A stretch of DNA of 25,844 bases from Bacilli bacterium (GTDB taxonomy: Bacteria; Bacillota_I; Bacilli_A; ML615J-28; CAG-313): contig JAZOLP010000093.1 in NCBI GenBank assembly GCA_045653225.1, positions 1 through 25,844 on the forward strand. Reading direction: 5' to 3'. Position 1 is the stretch's first letter, and each line of letters begins with the position of its first letter. A model generated the notes under the pieces. The model ran no database searches and was not told the DNA's origin. It was given only the letters and a program-made list of their open reading frames with translations. Positions 1 through 7,400 of the stretch are shown in pieces. The translations under genes and the position numbers were made by a program.

Positions 1-1
1 T

Positions 2-472
2 AATGGTCTTGCAACTATTCGATATCTCAATGAAGGAAAAGACGAAGAACTTTTAAAACAATACAATATTTATTGGAGCGCTGTTCATAAGGGCGCAATG
101 TTCGATGCCAGATGCTTTAATATTCCAAAAGAAGAAGTAACCAATCTCATCTTTTGGCGTCAGCTTGACGCGGCACGAAATAGTATGCAAATGGTGGGTC
201 AGGCTTATTTCTCTCACAAAGAGCTTCAAAACAAATCTTGTAGTGATATTCAAAATATGCTTATGGAAAAATACAATATAAATTGGAATGATTTCCCAAC
301 TACTCAAAAAAGAGGTAGTTGTGCAACTAAAGTTCATTATCAAAATCCAGAAGTAGATATAAAAGATGGGGCTGATATTTGTTCCTCTTGGTTTATTGAT
401 AATGAAATTCCTCAGTTTAAAGGTGAAGATAGACAATATATTGAACAACTTATCAATTTTGAGGAGGAATAA
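2..472 (+). CDS. Thg1-like protein (tRNA-His guanylyltransferase / 3'-5' nucleotidyltransferase family), 5'-truncated by window edge
   Basis: The open frame runs in from the window edge. The C-terminal half aligns, by my recollection of eukaryotic Thg1, to ...GFDGRVV.YP....L.DYLSWRQ.D...NN...YNINYNNEP.M.RKGS.... The window shows AMFDARCFNIPKEEVTNLIFWRQLDAARNS...MLMEKYNINWNDFPTTQKRGS. Confidence 0.6.
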   Translation, partial: NGLATIRYLNEGKDEELLKQYNIYWSAVHKGAMFDARCFNIPKEEVTNLIFWRQLDAARNSMQMVGQAYFSHKELQNKSCSDIQNMLMEKYNINWNDFPTTQKRGSCATKVHYQNPEVDIKDGADICSSWFIDNEIPQFKGEDRQYIEQLINFEEE

Positions 473-473
473 T

Positions 474-710
474 ATGAACTCAACTTTTTGTGCATTTTGT
501 AAACACTATCAAGCCCTTCCTGCAAGAGAAGAAAAAATGCATTATCCTTGGGGTGGTTATGATATTCTCTATATTGAAGAGGGTATATGCTCAAAGGAAA
601 ATGTAAAAGTAAATGCAATGTATGAAGCATATTGCAAAAACTTTTGTTTAAAAGAAGAATACGCTAATGAGAGGAATGAAAACTATGAAAATGTATCTGC
701 CGTTTGGTGA
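474..710 (+). CDS. small Cys-rich hypothetical protein (78 aa)
   Basis: ATG at 474 lies 6 nt after a GAGGAGG RBS and in the same frame as the 366..710 ORF. It has CxxC plus further Cys and resembles a zinc-binding protein. Confidence 0.5.
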   Translation: MNSTFCAFCKHYQALPAREEKMHYPWGGYDILYIEEGICSKENVKVNAMYEAYCKNFCLKEEYANERNENYENVSAVW

Positions 711-739
711 GAAGAACTCATAATTATTATAAAAGATAA

Positions 740-776
740 AAACCTTTCTAAATAAAGAAAGGTTTTTTTATTTTTA
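740..776 (+). terminator. rho-independent terminator
   Basis: The stem aaacctttc/gaaaggttt with loop taaataaa is followed by tttttttatttttat. Confidence 0.6.
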
Positions 777-780
777 TAAT

Positions 781-825
781 AAAATATAATATTATATTTA
801 TATAAAGAAAAGGAAAGAAAGAGAG
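781..825 (+). promoter_or_regulatory. recurring phage promoter/RBS motif, copy 1 (aaaatataatattatatttatataaagaaaaggaaaga...)
   Basis: A 38-nt block is identical to 7934-7971 and related to blocks at 5722, 12335, 16003 and 25541. It always sits between a terminator and a start codon. Confidence 0.45.
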
Positions 826-834
826 TGATAAAAT

Positions 835-990
835 ATGAGAACAATAATGTTGGTAACAAATGCGATTTTAAGTGCTGTATCTTGCGCGGGAATTATAGTG
901 AATTTAGTAATGACACATTTTGGATATGCGTGGTTATGTGTTATTCCAATGGTGTATGGAATATTTAATATGATTGCTATAGACGAATAA
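835..990 (+). CDS. small hydrophobic membrane protein (51 aa)
   Basis: It is the first ATG after the promoter motif, preceded by gagagtga. The translation MRTIMLVTNAILSAVSCAGIIVNLVMTHFGYAWLCVIPMVYGIFNMIAIDE is mostly hydrophobic. Confidence 0.45.
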   Translation: MRTIMLVTNAILSAVSCAGIIVNLVMTHFGYAWLCVIPMVYGIFNMIAIDE

Positions 991-1016
991 TATTTGTATA
1001 AAAGGAGTTGATTGTT

Positions 1017-1466
1017 GTGCGTATTTGGCATAAAGATTTAATTTCAGTTTTACCAAGAGAACAATTAGTAGCGCAATGGAGAGAATGTAGCGCAATCGCG
1101 GGAGCCATTAAAAAGAATGGTGAACCAAATCATTTGTTAGTAAATAAAATTATGGATTTTAATTATAATCATTTTATCACATACAGTAAGTTAGTTCGTG
1201 CGGAAATGACCAAAAGAGGATACACAACAATGAACTCTGTTATGGATAAAATCGAAAGTCCATTAATAGAAGAAAGAGTAGAAATTCCGTTTAAAGAACT
1301 TTATTCTTCTTGGCACAATATGAGATATTTAAAACAGTGCTATTATAACTTACAAGAAAAGTTTGATTGCGGTGGTATCTCAAAAGAAGATTGGGCAAGA
1401 ATCGAAAAGAAGATGCATAATTTAGAGGAAGAAAGATATAATCAAATGCAGCTGGGAGGAGAATAA
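1017..1466 (+). CDS. denV: pyrimidine dimer DNA glycosylase (T4 endonuclease V / DenV-like)
   Basis: RIWHKDLISVLPREQLVAQWRECSAIAGAIKK...FITYSKLVRAEMTKRGY is collinear with the T4 EndoV N-terminus ([33 protein letters not shown]...[25 protein letters not shown]). The start is non-ATG: GTG at 1017 lies 9 nt after AAAGGAG, and the tracked TTG at 1008 abuts the RBS. Confidence 0.6.
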   Translation: MRIWHKDLISVLPREQLVAQWRECSAIAGAIKKNGEPNHLLVNKIMDFNYNHFITYSKLVRAEMTKRGYTTMNSVMDKIESPLIEERVEIPFKELYSSWHNMRYLKQCYYNLQEKFDCGGISKEDWARIEKKMHNLEEERYNQMQLGGE

Positions 1467-1469
1467 ATA

Positions 1470-1859
1470 ATGTTAAAAAATAAAACGAAATTTGATACTT
1501 GGATTGTTACTAATCAAGAAGATTTTAAAAAGAACAAAAAAGATTTACTATCTAAAAAATTACCAATTATGTTTTCAGATGATGAAGATAGCTATTATGA
1601 TGAAGTTGGCGGGTATCATTCTTGCGGAACTGGTTGGAATCCCAATGGTATGTGGTGCGGTGAATGTACGAGCTTCAGTTGTCGTGGTTGTTCAAGTGAA
1701 CACAAATGTATAAAAACATTTTTAATTGTTGCAAAAGACGAAGATTATCCAGAAGTAAGAACAACTATAGAAGCTATTGATTTGCAGCACGCAAGACTAG
1801 AAGCTTTCAATAAATATCCAGAATATCACGAAATAGGAGTATGGGAGTGGGAAGAATGA
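1470..1859 (+). CDS. hypothetical Cys-rich protein (129 aa)
   Basis: ORF with a GGGAGGAG RBS. It carries the Cys cluster CGTGWNPNGMWCGECTSFSCRGCSSEHKC. Confidence 0.55.
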   Translation: MLKNKTKFDTWIVTNQEDFKKNKKDLLSKKLPIMFSDDEDSYYDEVGGYHSCGTGWNPNGMWCGECTSFSCRGCSSEHKCIKTFLIVAKDEDYPEVRTTIEAIDLQHARLEAFNKYPEYHEIGVWEWEE

Positions 1860-2017
1860 TAACAATACAAAAAGCTACTGATATGATACTCGAAAGAGTA
1901 GATAGAATTATCGAAATAATTAACACACCTGATTTCTATCAGTTTTTAACTAGTACTGGCGGAGATATAGAAACATATAGAGTGTATAAAAAAGATGGAA
2001 GGATTGGTATAAAATGA
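1856..2017 (+). CDS. small hypothetical protein (53 aa)
   Basis: ATGA overlaps both the upstream and the downstream ORF and fills an otherwise non-coding gap. No RBS was evaluated. Confidence 0.3.
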   Translation: MITIQKATDMILERVDRIIEIINTPDFYQFLTSTGGDIETYRVYKKDGRIGIK

Positions 2018-2184
2018 CATTTACAGAAATTTTAGAATCATTAAAAAGAAGTTGCACACAAGTATTTTGGGAATCTAACCACTTTGCAAAAGAACACGCA
2101 GACACACTTTTGAAATGTGCAACAGAAATTTATATTGCACAGGAAGGCAAAACTCAAATTATTGTAAAGAGAGAGGAGAAATAA
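2014..2184 (+). CDS. small hypothetical protein (56 aa)
   Basis: It has an ATGA overlap with the previous small ORF and ends 2 nt before pncA. The tight packing is typical of phage genes. Confidence 0.3.
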   Translation: MTFTEILESLKRSCTQVFWESNHFAKEHADTLLKCATEIYIAQEGKTQIIVKREEK

Positions 2185-2185
2185 T

Positions 2186-2725
2186 ATGTCAAAAATGTTA
2201 ATTGTAATTGATATGCAAAATGATTTTGTAACAGGTAGTCTTGCAAACCCAGACGCACAAGCTATTATACCAAATATTCAAAAGAAAATTGAAGAATATA
2301 AGAAGAATGGTGATGATATTATCTTTACAAGAGACACTCATACAGTTTCTTATTTAGGTAGTGCGGAAGGTCAGAAACTTCCTGTTGAACATTGTATTGA
2401 TGGAACAAAAGGTTGGGTAGTTGTTGATGAATTAAATCATCCAGAGTATAAGCATATTAACAAATCAACTTTTGGATATCCTTATTGGGGATATGAAGAA
2501 ATGCCAGAAGAAGTAGAATTAGTTGGTACTTGTACAGATATCTGTGTTGTTTCAAATGCTATTCTTATTAAAACACATTTTCCAGATACAAAAATAGTTG
2601 TCGACGCGGCGTGCTGTGCGGGTACCACTCCAGCAAATCACACAGCCGCGCTGATGACAATGAAAGCTTGTCAGATAGATGTAATTAACGAAGGTAATAC
2701 TGTTATAGGCGGAAAGAGAGAGTGA
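2186..2725 (+). CDS. pncA: nicotinamidase / isochorismatase-family cysteine hydrolase
   Basis: The N-terminus MLIVIDMQNDFV and the catalytic-Cys motif GTCTDICV fit the isochorismatase fold. The gene sits immediately upstream of pncB. Confidence 0.75.
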   Translation: MSKMLIVIDMQNDFVTGSLANPDAQAIIPNIQKKIEEYKKNGDDIIFTRDTHTVSYLGSAEGQKLPVEHCIDGTKGWVVVDELNHPEYKHINKSTFGYPYWGYEEMPEEVELVGTCTDICVVSNAILIKTHFPDTKIVVDAACCAGTTPANHTAALMTMKACQIDVINEGNTVIGGKRE

Positions 2726-2731
2726 AGTATA

Positions 2732-3925
2732 ATGATGAAATTAAGTCCTATTGTTGTATCTTTATTAGATACTGATTTATATAAATTTAATATGAATATG
2801 GTAATGTTTCATAAACATACCAATTTAAATGGTGTATATATTTTCAAATGTAGAAATGAAAACATTGTATTTACTTCTGAAATGGTAGAAGAAATTAACG
2901 CACAGATTGATCATCTTTGTACTTTAAGATTTACAGGCGAAGAATTAAATTATTTAAATTCATTAAGATTTATGAAATCTGATTATATTGAATTTCTTCG
3001 CTTATGGCACCCACTCCGCGACTATGTAAAATGTTGCGCGGACGGCAAAGGTGGCTTGTTTTTAGAAGTAACTGGTCCGTTATTTAGTGCTATGCAATTT
3101 GAAATTTATTTACTTGAAATTATTAACGAAGTTTACTTTCGTATGCAATATAACTATTTAGATTTAATAGAATCCGCAAAAGAAAAACTCGAACTTAAAT
3201 TAAAAGGTTTTGAAGAAGGTAAATATAATTTTAATTTCGCAGAATTTGGTTGCCGCAGAAGATTAAGCAGAGAGTGGCAGGATTATGTTTTATCAAAGCT
3301 TCTTACAACTGGACATTGTGTTGGTACTTCAAATGTTTATCTTGCTATGAAATATAAAGTTAAACCTATTGGTACTTATGCACACGAGTATGTTCAAATG
3401 TATCAGGGTATCCCGGGTGTAACTCTTGCCTATACAAATAAAATGGCAATGGAAGAATGGTTTGATGAATTTCAGGGTGACAACGGTACAGCTTTAACAG
3501 ACACTCTTGGAACAGATTTATTCTTAAGAGACTTTAATAAATTACAGGCTATGTGCTATACAGGAGTAAGACACGATAGCGGAGACCCAATAGAATGGGG
3601 TAATAAAATAATTGACCATTATATTAAACTCGGTATCGATCCAAAAACTAAAACTTTATTATTTAGTGACAGTCTTAATTTTGATAAGGCTCAAGAAATT
3701 TATGATTATTTCAAAGATAAAATAAATGTAAGCTTTGGTATTGGAACTTATTTAAGTAATGATACAAATGTTGATGCATTAAATATTGTTATTAAATTAC
3801 AGTATGTAAATGGACATCCAGTAGCAAAGATTAGTGACACACCTGGTAAAGCAATGTGTCAGAATAATGTTTATTTAAAATACTTAAAGAACGCAGTAGC
3901 GTATAGATTGGAGGAGAATATTTAA
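2732..3925 (+). CDS. pncB: nicotinate phosphoribosyltransferase
   Basis: It is collinear with E. coli PncB: LLDTDLYKFNM, FGCRRRLSREWQ, VGTSNVYLA, TYAHEYVQ, ALTDTLGTDLFLRDF, RHDSGDPIEWG, KTLLFSDSLNFDKA, SFGIGT, LNIVIKL..NGHPVAKISDTPGK. It is 397 aa, like PncB and unlike the larger Nampt. Confidence 0.85.
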   Translation: MMKLSPIVVSLLDTDLYKFNMNMVMFHKHTNLNGVYIFKCRNENIVFTSEMVEEINAQIDHLCTLRFTGEELNYLNSLRFMKSDYIEFLRLWHPLRDYVKCCADGKGGLFLEVTGPLFSAMQFEIYLLEIINEVYFRMQYNYLDLIESAKEKLELKLKGFEEGKYNFNFAEFGCRRRLSREWQDYVLSKLLTTGHCVGTSNVYLAMKYKVKPIGTYAHEYVQMYQGIPGVTLAYTNKMAMEEWFDEFQGDNGTALTDTLGTDLFLRDFNKLQAMCYTGVRHDSGDPIEWGNKIIDHYIKLGIDPKTKTLLFSDSLNFDKAQEIYDYFKDKINVSFGIGTYLSNDTNVDALNIVIKLQYVNGHPVAKISDTPGKAMCQNNVYLKYLKNAVAYRLEENI

Positions 3926-4482
3926 TGACAGGAGTAATTTTATTTCGTGCGCAACCATTTCACAATGGACATTTACATATGATTAAAAAGGCTTGTCAAG
4001 ATATGTATCAAATAAATGGCGCATTATATATTTTAGTGGGTAGCGCAGATAAAGTAGGAACAAAAAGAAATCCAATTCCAATTGACTTAAGAATTAATAT
4101 GATAGAGGAAAGTTTAAAAGAAGCTTTAACAGAAGAAGAATATAATTGTGTTTTTGTTTATCCTCTTGCTGATTTAGACGATGAAGCCAATAATACTCAT
4201 AGTTGGGGTAGTTATCTTTACAAAGCTATGCGTGAAGTTTCCGCAGACGAAGATTTTATTATCTACTATAGCGACAACCCAAACATTATGTTAAGTTGGT
4301 TTAATGATGAAATTAGAGAACATATTGCTTTTAAATTTTTACCAAGATATGATGATATTTGTGCGACAGAAGTGCGCAAATGTATTGAAAAAGATTGGTC
4401 AGCAACTCTTTCTACTATTGTACCTGCTCCAGTTTATAATAGAAGAAAATTATTAAAAAAATATATTGAAGAAGGAAAATAA
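3925..4482 (+). CDS. nicotinamide/nicotinate mononucleotide adenylyltransferase (HxGH cytidylyltransferase-like, NadM/NadR type)
   Basis: ILFRAQPFHNGHLHMIK carries the (H/T)xGH nucleotidyltransferase signature in the NadM/NadR context GRFQPFHxGH. The gene lies between pncB and nadE. Confidence 0.7.
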   Translation: MTGVILFRAQPFHNGHLHMIKKACQDMYQINGALYILVGSADKVGTKRNPIPIDLRINMIEESLKEALTEEEYNCVFVYPLADLDDEANNTHSWGSYLYKAMREVSADEDFIIYYSDNPNIMLSWFNDEIREHIAFKFLPRYDDICATEVRKCIEKDWSATLSTIVPAPVYNRRKLLKKYIEEGK

Positions 4483-4484
4483 TA

Positions 4485-5255
4485 ATGAATATAGAAAAAA
4501 CAAAAAGAGAGATTGTTCAATGGATTAAAGACTGGTTCGCGGAAAATGGACCAGATTGTAACGCGATTATTGGCATTAGTGGCGGGAAAGATAGCTCTGT
4601 CGCGGCCGCCCTTTGCGTAGAAGCTCTGGGCAAAGATAGAGTTTATGGTATTATGATGCCAAATGGCAAGCAAGTGGATATAGATGATTCTTATAAGATT
4701 TGTAAACATTTAGATATTCCGTGTATGACAGCAAATATTGAACCTATCTATAGTACTTTTGTAAAAGCCATTACTTATAATGACGCACATTGGTTTAATG
4801 GAAAATGGAATGTTCTTATACCAGGTGGACTTTCTGAGCAGGCAGAAACAAACCTTCCTCCCCGTATTCGTATGACCACACTCTATGCTATCTCTCAATC
4901 TCTTAATGGTAGGGTAGTTTGTACAGATAATCTTTCAGAATCATATATAGGTTATTCTACTCGTTGGGGAGATAATGTAGGTGACTTCGCGCCTCTTGCT
5001 CATTTAACAAGTGAAGAAGTTGTTGCTCTTGGCGATGCTTGCGGCCTCCCGTACGAATTAACACACAAAACCCCAACAGATGGACTTTGTGGAAAAACAG
5101 ATGAAGAAAATTTTGGTTTTACATATGAAACATTGAATAAGTATATTTTAACGGGACAGTGCGAAGATACAGAAGCAAAAGAAAAAATAGATGCAATGCA
5201 TTTAAAAAATGCTTTTAAATTAAAACCTATTCCCGCGTATATCCCACATAGATAG
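4485..5255 (+). CDS. nadE: NH3-dependent NAD+ synthetase
   Basis: It has the PP-loop IGISGGKDSSVAAALC (SGGxDS), and its length and collinearity match NadE. Confidence 0.85.
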   Translation: MNIEKTKREIVQWIKDWFAENGPDCNAIIGISGGKDSSVAAALCVEALGKDRVYGIMMPNGKQVDIDDSYKICKHLDIPCMTANIEPIYSTFVKAITYNDAHWFNGKWNVLIPGGLSEQAETNLPPRIRMTTLYAISQSLNGRVVCTDNLSESYIGYSTRWGDNVGDFAPLAHLTSEEVVALGDACGLPYELTHKTPTDGLCGKTDEENFGFTYETLNKYILTGQCEDTEAKEKIDAMHLKNAFKLKPIPAYIPHR

Positions 5256-5267
5256 GAGTGAACAAGT

Positions 5268-5717
5268 ATGAAAGTAATCGATAGTTTTGAAGGCGAGTTT
5301 GAATTTTTAAGTAACTTTTTTTATAGTCCGCTATACTTTGCTGGTATTTGGTTTTCAACAGTAGAGCATTTCTTTCAAGCTAATAAATTATTTTCAAAAA
5401 ACGAAGAAATGTTTTATAAAATTGCTACTGCAGACACTCCTGGTAAAGCAAAAAGATTAGGTAGAAAATGTGAATTGCGCGAGGATTGGGATAACATAAA
5501 AGATACAGTTATGTTAATTGCTTTAAGAAAAAAATTTAGCAATTCTGTGTTAAAAAAGAAGTTACTTGCTACTGGCGATGCGCTCTTAATAGAAGGCAAT
5601 ACCTGGCACGATAACTATTGGGGCGATTGTAAATGTGAAAAATGCAAAGATATAAAAGGAGAGAATAGACTTGGACAGCTTTTAATGCAAGTAAGAGAAG
5701 AGTTGAAAAATAAATAA
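5268..5717 (+). CDS. NADAR / YbiA-like (DUF1768) domain protein
   Basis: FLSNFFYSP...FSTVEHFFQA...GNTWHDNYWG match the YbiA/NADAR family signature E..FLSNF ... W..N.WG. Confidence 0.65.
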   Translation: MKVIDSFEGEFEFLSNFFYSPLYFAGIWFSTVEHFFQANKLFSKNEEMFYKIATADTPGKAKRLGRKCELREDWDNIKDTVMLIALRKKFSNSVLKKKLLATGDALLIEGNTWHDNYWGDCKCEKCKDIKGENRLGQLLMQVREELKNK

Positions 5718-5721
5718 AATA

Positions 5722-5755
5722 ATAATATTATATATATACAAAGTAAAGAGAGGAG
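5722..5755 (+). promoter_or_regulatory. promoter/RBS motif, copy 2 (ataatattatatatatacaaagtaaagagaggag)
   Basis: It is related to the 781 and 7934 motifs and sits directly upstream of the RNA ligase ATG. No terminator precedes it. Confidence 0.35.
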
Positions 5756-5762
5756 AATTAAA

Positions 5763-6926
5763 ATGATAATCAATGACAAAAGAGCTTTAGCTTATACTGC
5801 ACGAGTTGGAGAAATTTCAAAAATCGAAGGCGCAGACAATATCGAGCTTATCACAGTTTTAGGCTGGAAAGTTATTGCTAAAATCGGAGAGTTTAAAGAA
5901 GGCGACCTTTGTGTTTACTTTGAAATCGATTCAAAGCTACCAGAAGCAGAATGGTCAGAGTTTATGAGAGCAAGACACTTTAAAGTTAAAACTATGAAAC
6001 TTGGTAAATTTAAAGTGATTTCACAGGGTTTAGCTTTACCTGTATCTGCTTTTGATAAAACAATACCGACAGAAGAAGGCATCGATGTTACAGAATTACT
6101 TGGAGTTACTTATTCTGTAGAAGAAGATAATGTTCGTAAATCAAACGGAGATCCAAATGTTAAGTATCGTTCTATGGCGGCCCGCCATCCAAAATTATTC
6201 AAACAGCCTTGGGCAAGATGGATGATGAGACGCGCGTGGGGTAGAAAGGTTATGTTTCTTTTCTTTGGTAGAAAAAAAGATAACCCTAAAAAATTCCCTT
6301 CTTTTGTTTCTAAAACAGATGAAGAAAGAGTTGAAAACCAGCCTTGGAGAATAGGCGATGGTCAGACATATTTATGCACAGAAAAACTCGATGGTACATC
6401 TTGTACTTACGCTCTTGAAAGAAAAGGTAGAAATAGATTTGAATTTTATGTTTGTTCAAGAAACATAAGACAGAAAGATGAAAAACAGTCTTGCTACCAC
6501 GACCATAATATTTACTGGGATTTAGCTTTTAAATATAATATCGAAGAACATTTAAAAGATTACCTTAATATTCACAAAGATTACAAATGGGTTTGTATTC
6601 AGGGCGAAGGTGTTGGCGCTGTTCAGGGCAATCCACTTAAATTAAAAGAAGATGACTTATATGTGTTTAACTTTATTACTTCTAAAAATGGTAGACACAA
6701 CTCTTTTGAAGGAAGAGATATTATAGAAAGCTGGAAAATGAAATGGGTTCCAATCCTTGGTCAGGTTCAGATGCCAGATACTATGGAAGAACTCAAAGAA
6801 CTTGCTACTGGTAAATCAGTAGTTAACCCAGATGTAATGAGAGAAGGTCTCGTATACAGAACAATGGACGGAAAAGATTCATTTAAAAATGTTTCAAGAG
6901 AATATTTATTAAAACATAATATGTAA
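5763..6926 (+). CDS. ATP-dependent RNA ligase (nucleotidyltransferase superfamily)
   Basis: It has the lysine-adenylylation motif CTEKLDGTSC (KxDG). The N-terminal region resembles an OB/tRNA-binding-like domain (GADNIELITVLGWKVIAK) of the Pab1020/DRB0094-type RNA ligases. Confidence 0.7.
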   Translation: MIINDKRALAYTARVGEISKIEGADNIELITVLGWKVIAKIGEFKEGDLCVYFEIDSKLPEAEWSEFMRARHFKVKTMKLGKFKVISQGLALPVSAFDKTIPTEEGIDVTELLGVTYSVEEDNVRKSNGDPNVKYRSMAARHPKLFKQPWARWMMRRAWGRKVMFLFFGRKKDNPKKFPSFVSKTDEERVENQPWRIGDGQTYLCTEKLDGTSCTYALERKGRNRFEFYVCSRNIRQKDEKQSCYHDHNIYWDLAFKYNIEEHLKDYLNIHKDYKWVCIQGEGVGAVQGNPLKLKEDDLYVFNFITSKNGRHNSFEGRDIIESWKMKWVPILGQVQMPDTMEELKELATGKSVVNPDVMREGLVYRTMDGKDSFKNVSREYLLKHNM

Positions 6927-6944
6927 GAAAGAGAGGATAAAATT

Positions 6945-7400
6945 ATGCTATTCTGGTTATTTATAATTTTAACTGTAGTTGGTATCGTTTTATGGGTTTT
7001 AGGCAGCAAAGACTGGAAATACGGTAGTTTTATGTGGGAATATGATGAAGGTTTCTGTCTCTCAGGCACAGTGCTTTCCGCAGTTGGTGCAATAGTTAGT
7101 ATTATAATGATTGCAATAATTAGTTGCTCATATTGTGGTAGCTCGGCATATGTCGCGGAAGACCAAGCAACATATGATTCGTTAATTTTTAAATTAGAAA
7201 ATACTGATTGCCGTGATGAACTTGGCTTACTCAATAAAGAAATTATAGATGAGGTTCAAGCTTGGAACGAAACATTATCCTACCACAAAACAATTCAAAG
7301 AGATTTTTGGATGGGCATTTTTTACCCAAATATGTATGATGAATTTAAATTAATTGATTTAAATAGATTTAAAATTTCACAAGGAGAATACAATGAATAA
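6945..7400 (+). CDS. hypothetical membrane protein (151 aa)
   Basis: An AGAGAGGA RBS precedes the ORF. There are two hydrophobic segments, LFWLFIILTVVGIVLWVLG and AVGAIVSIIMIAIISC. Confidence 0.55.
   Translation: MLFWLFIILTVVGIVLWVLGSKDWKYGSFMWEYDEGFCLSGTVLSAVGAIVSIIMIAIISCSYCGSSAYVAEDQATYDSLIFKLENTDCRDELGLLNKEIIDEVQAWNETLSYHKTIQRDFWMGIFYPNMYDEFKLIDLNRFKISQGEYNE

Noticed and set aside
53-448. All minus-strand ORFs in the six-frame track (for example 53..448, 4434..4709, 6767..7234, 13419..13790, 15104..15355, 17458..17730, 22654..22935).
   Set aside because: Each lies entirely inside a well-supported plus-strand gene with recognisable homology or good RBS context. They are low-complexity antisense translations of AT-rich sequence, such as poly-Leu/Phe from the GAA/AAG-rich coding strand, and have no RBS. 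I treat them as spurious.
366-710. The 114-aa ORF 366..710 as tracked.
   Set aside because: Its 5' part overlaps the Thg1-like gene in another frame. A strong GAGGAGG RBS sits just before the internal ATG at 474. The real gene is most likely 474..710.
1008-1016. Tracked 'M' starts that are actually TTG codons (1008, 8825, 20358), and the correct TTG at 18012.
   Set aside because: At 8825 and 20358 a downstream ATG with a properly spaced RBS exists (8876, 20361). I re-called those starts. At 1008 I prefer GTG 1017. Only 18012 is retained as a genuine TTG start.
1492-1713. Internal alternative-frame ORFs (1492..1713, 8421..8612, 10455..10667, 20602..20814, 12781-frame overlaps).
   Set aside because: They are embedded in longer genes with homology support and have no independent RBS. 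The likeliest explanation is chance open frames in AT-rich DNA.
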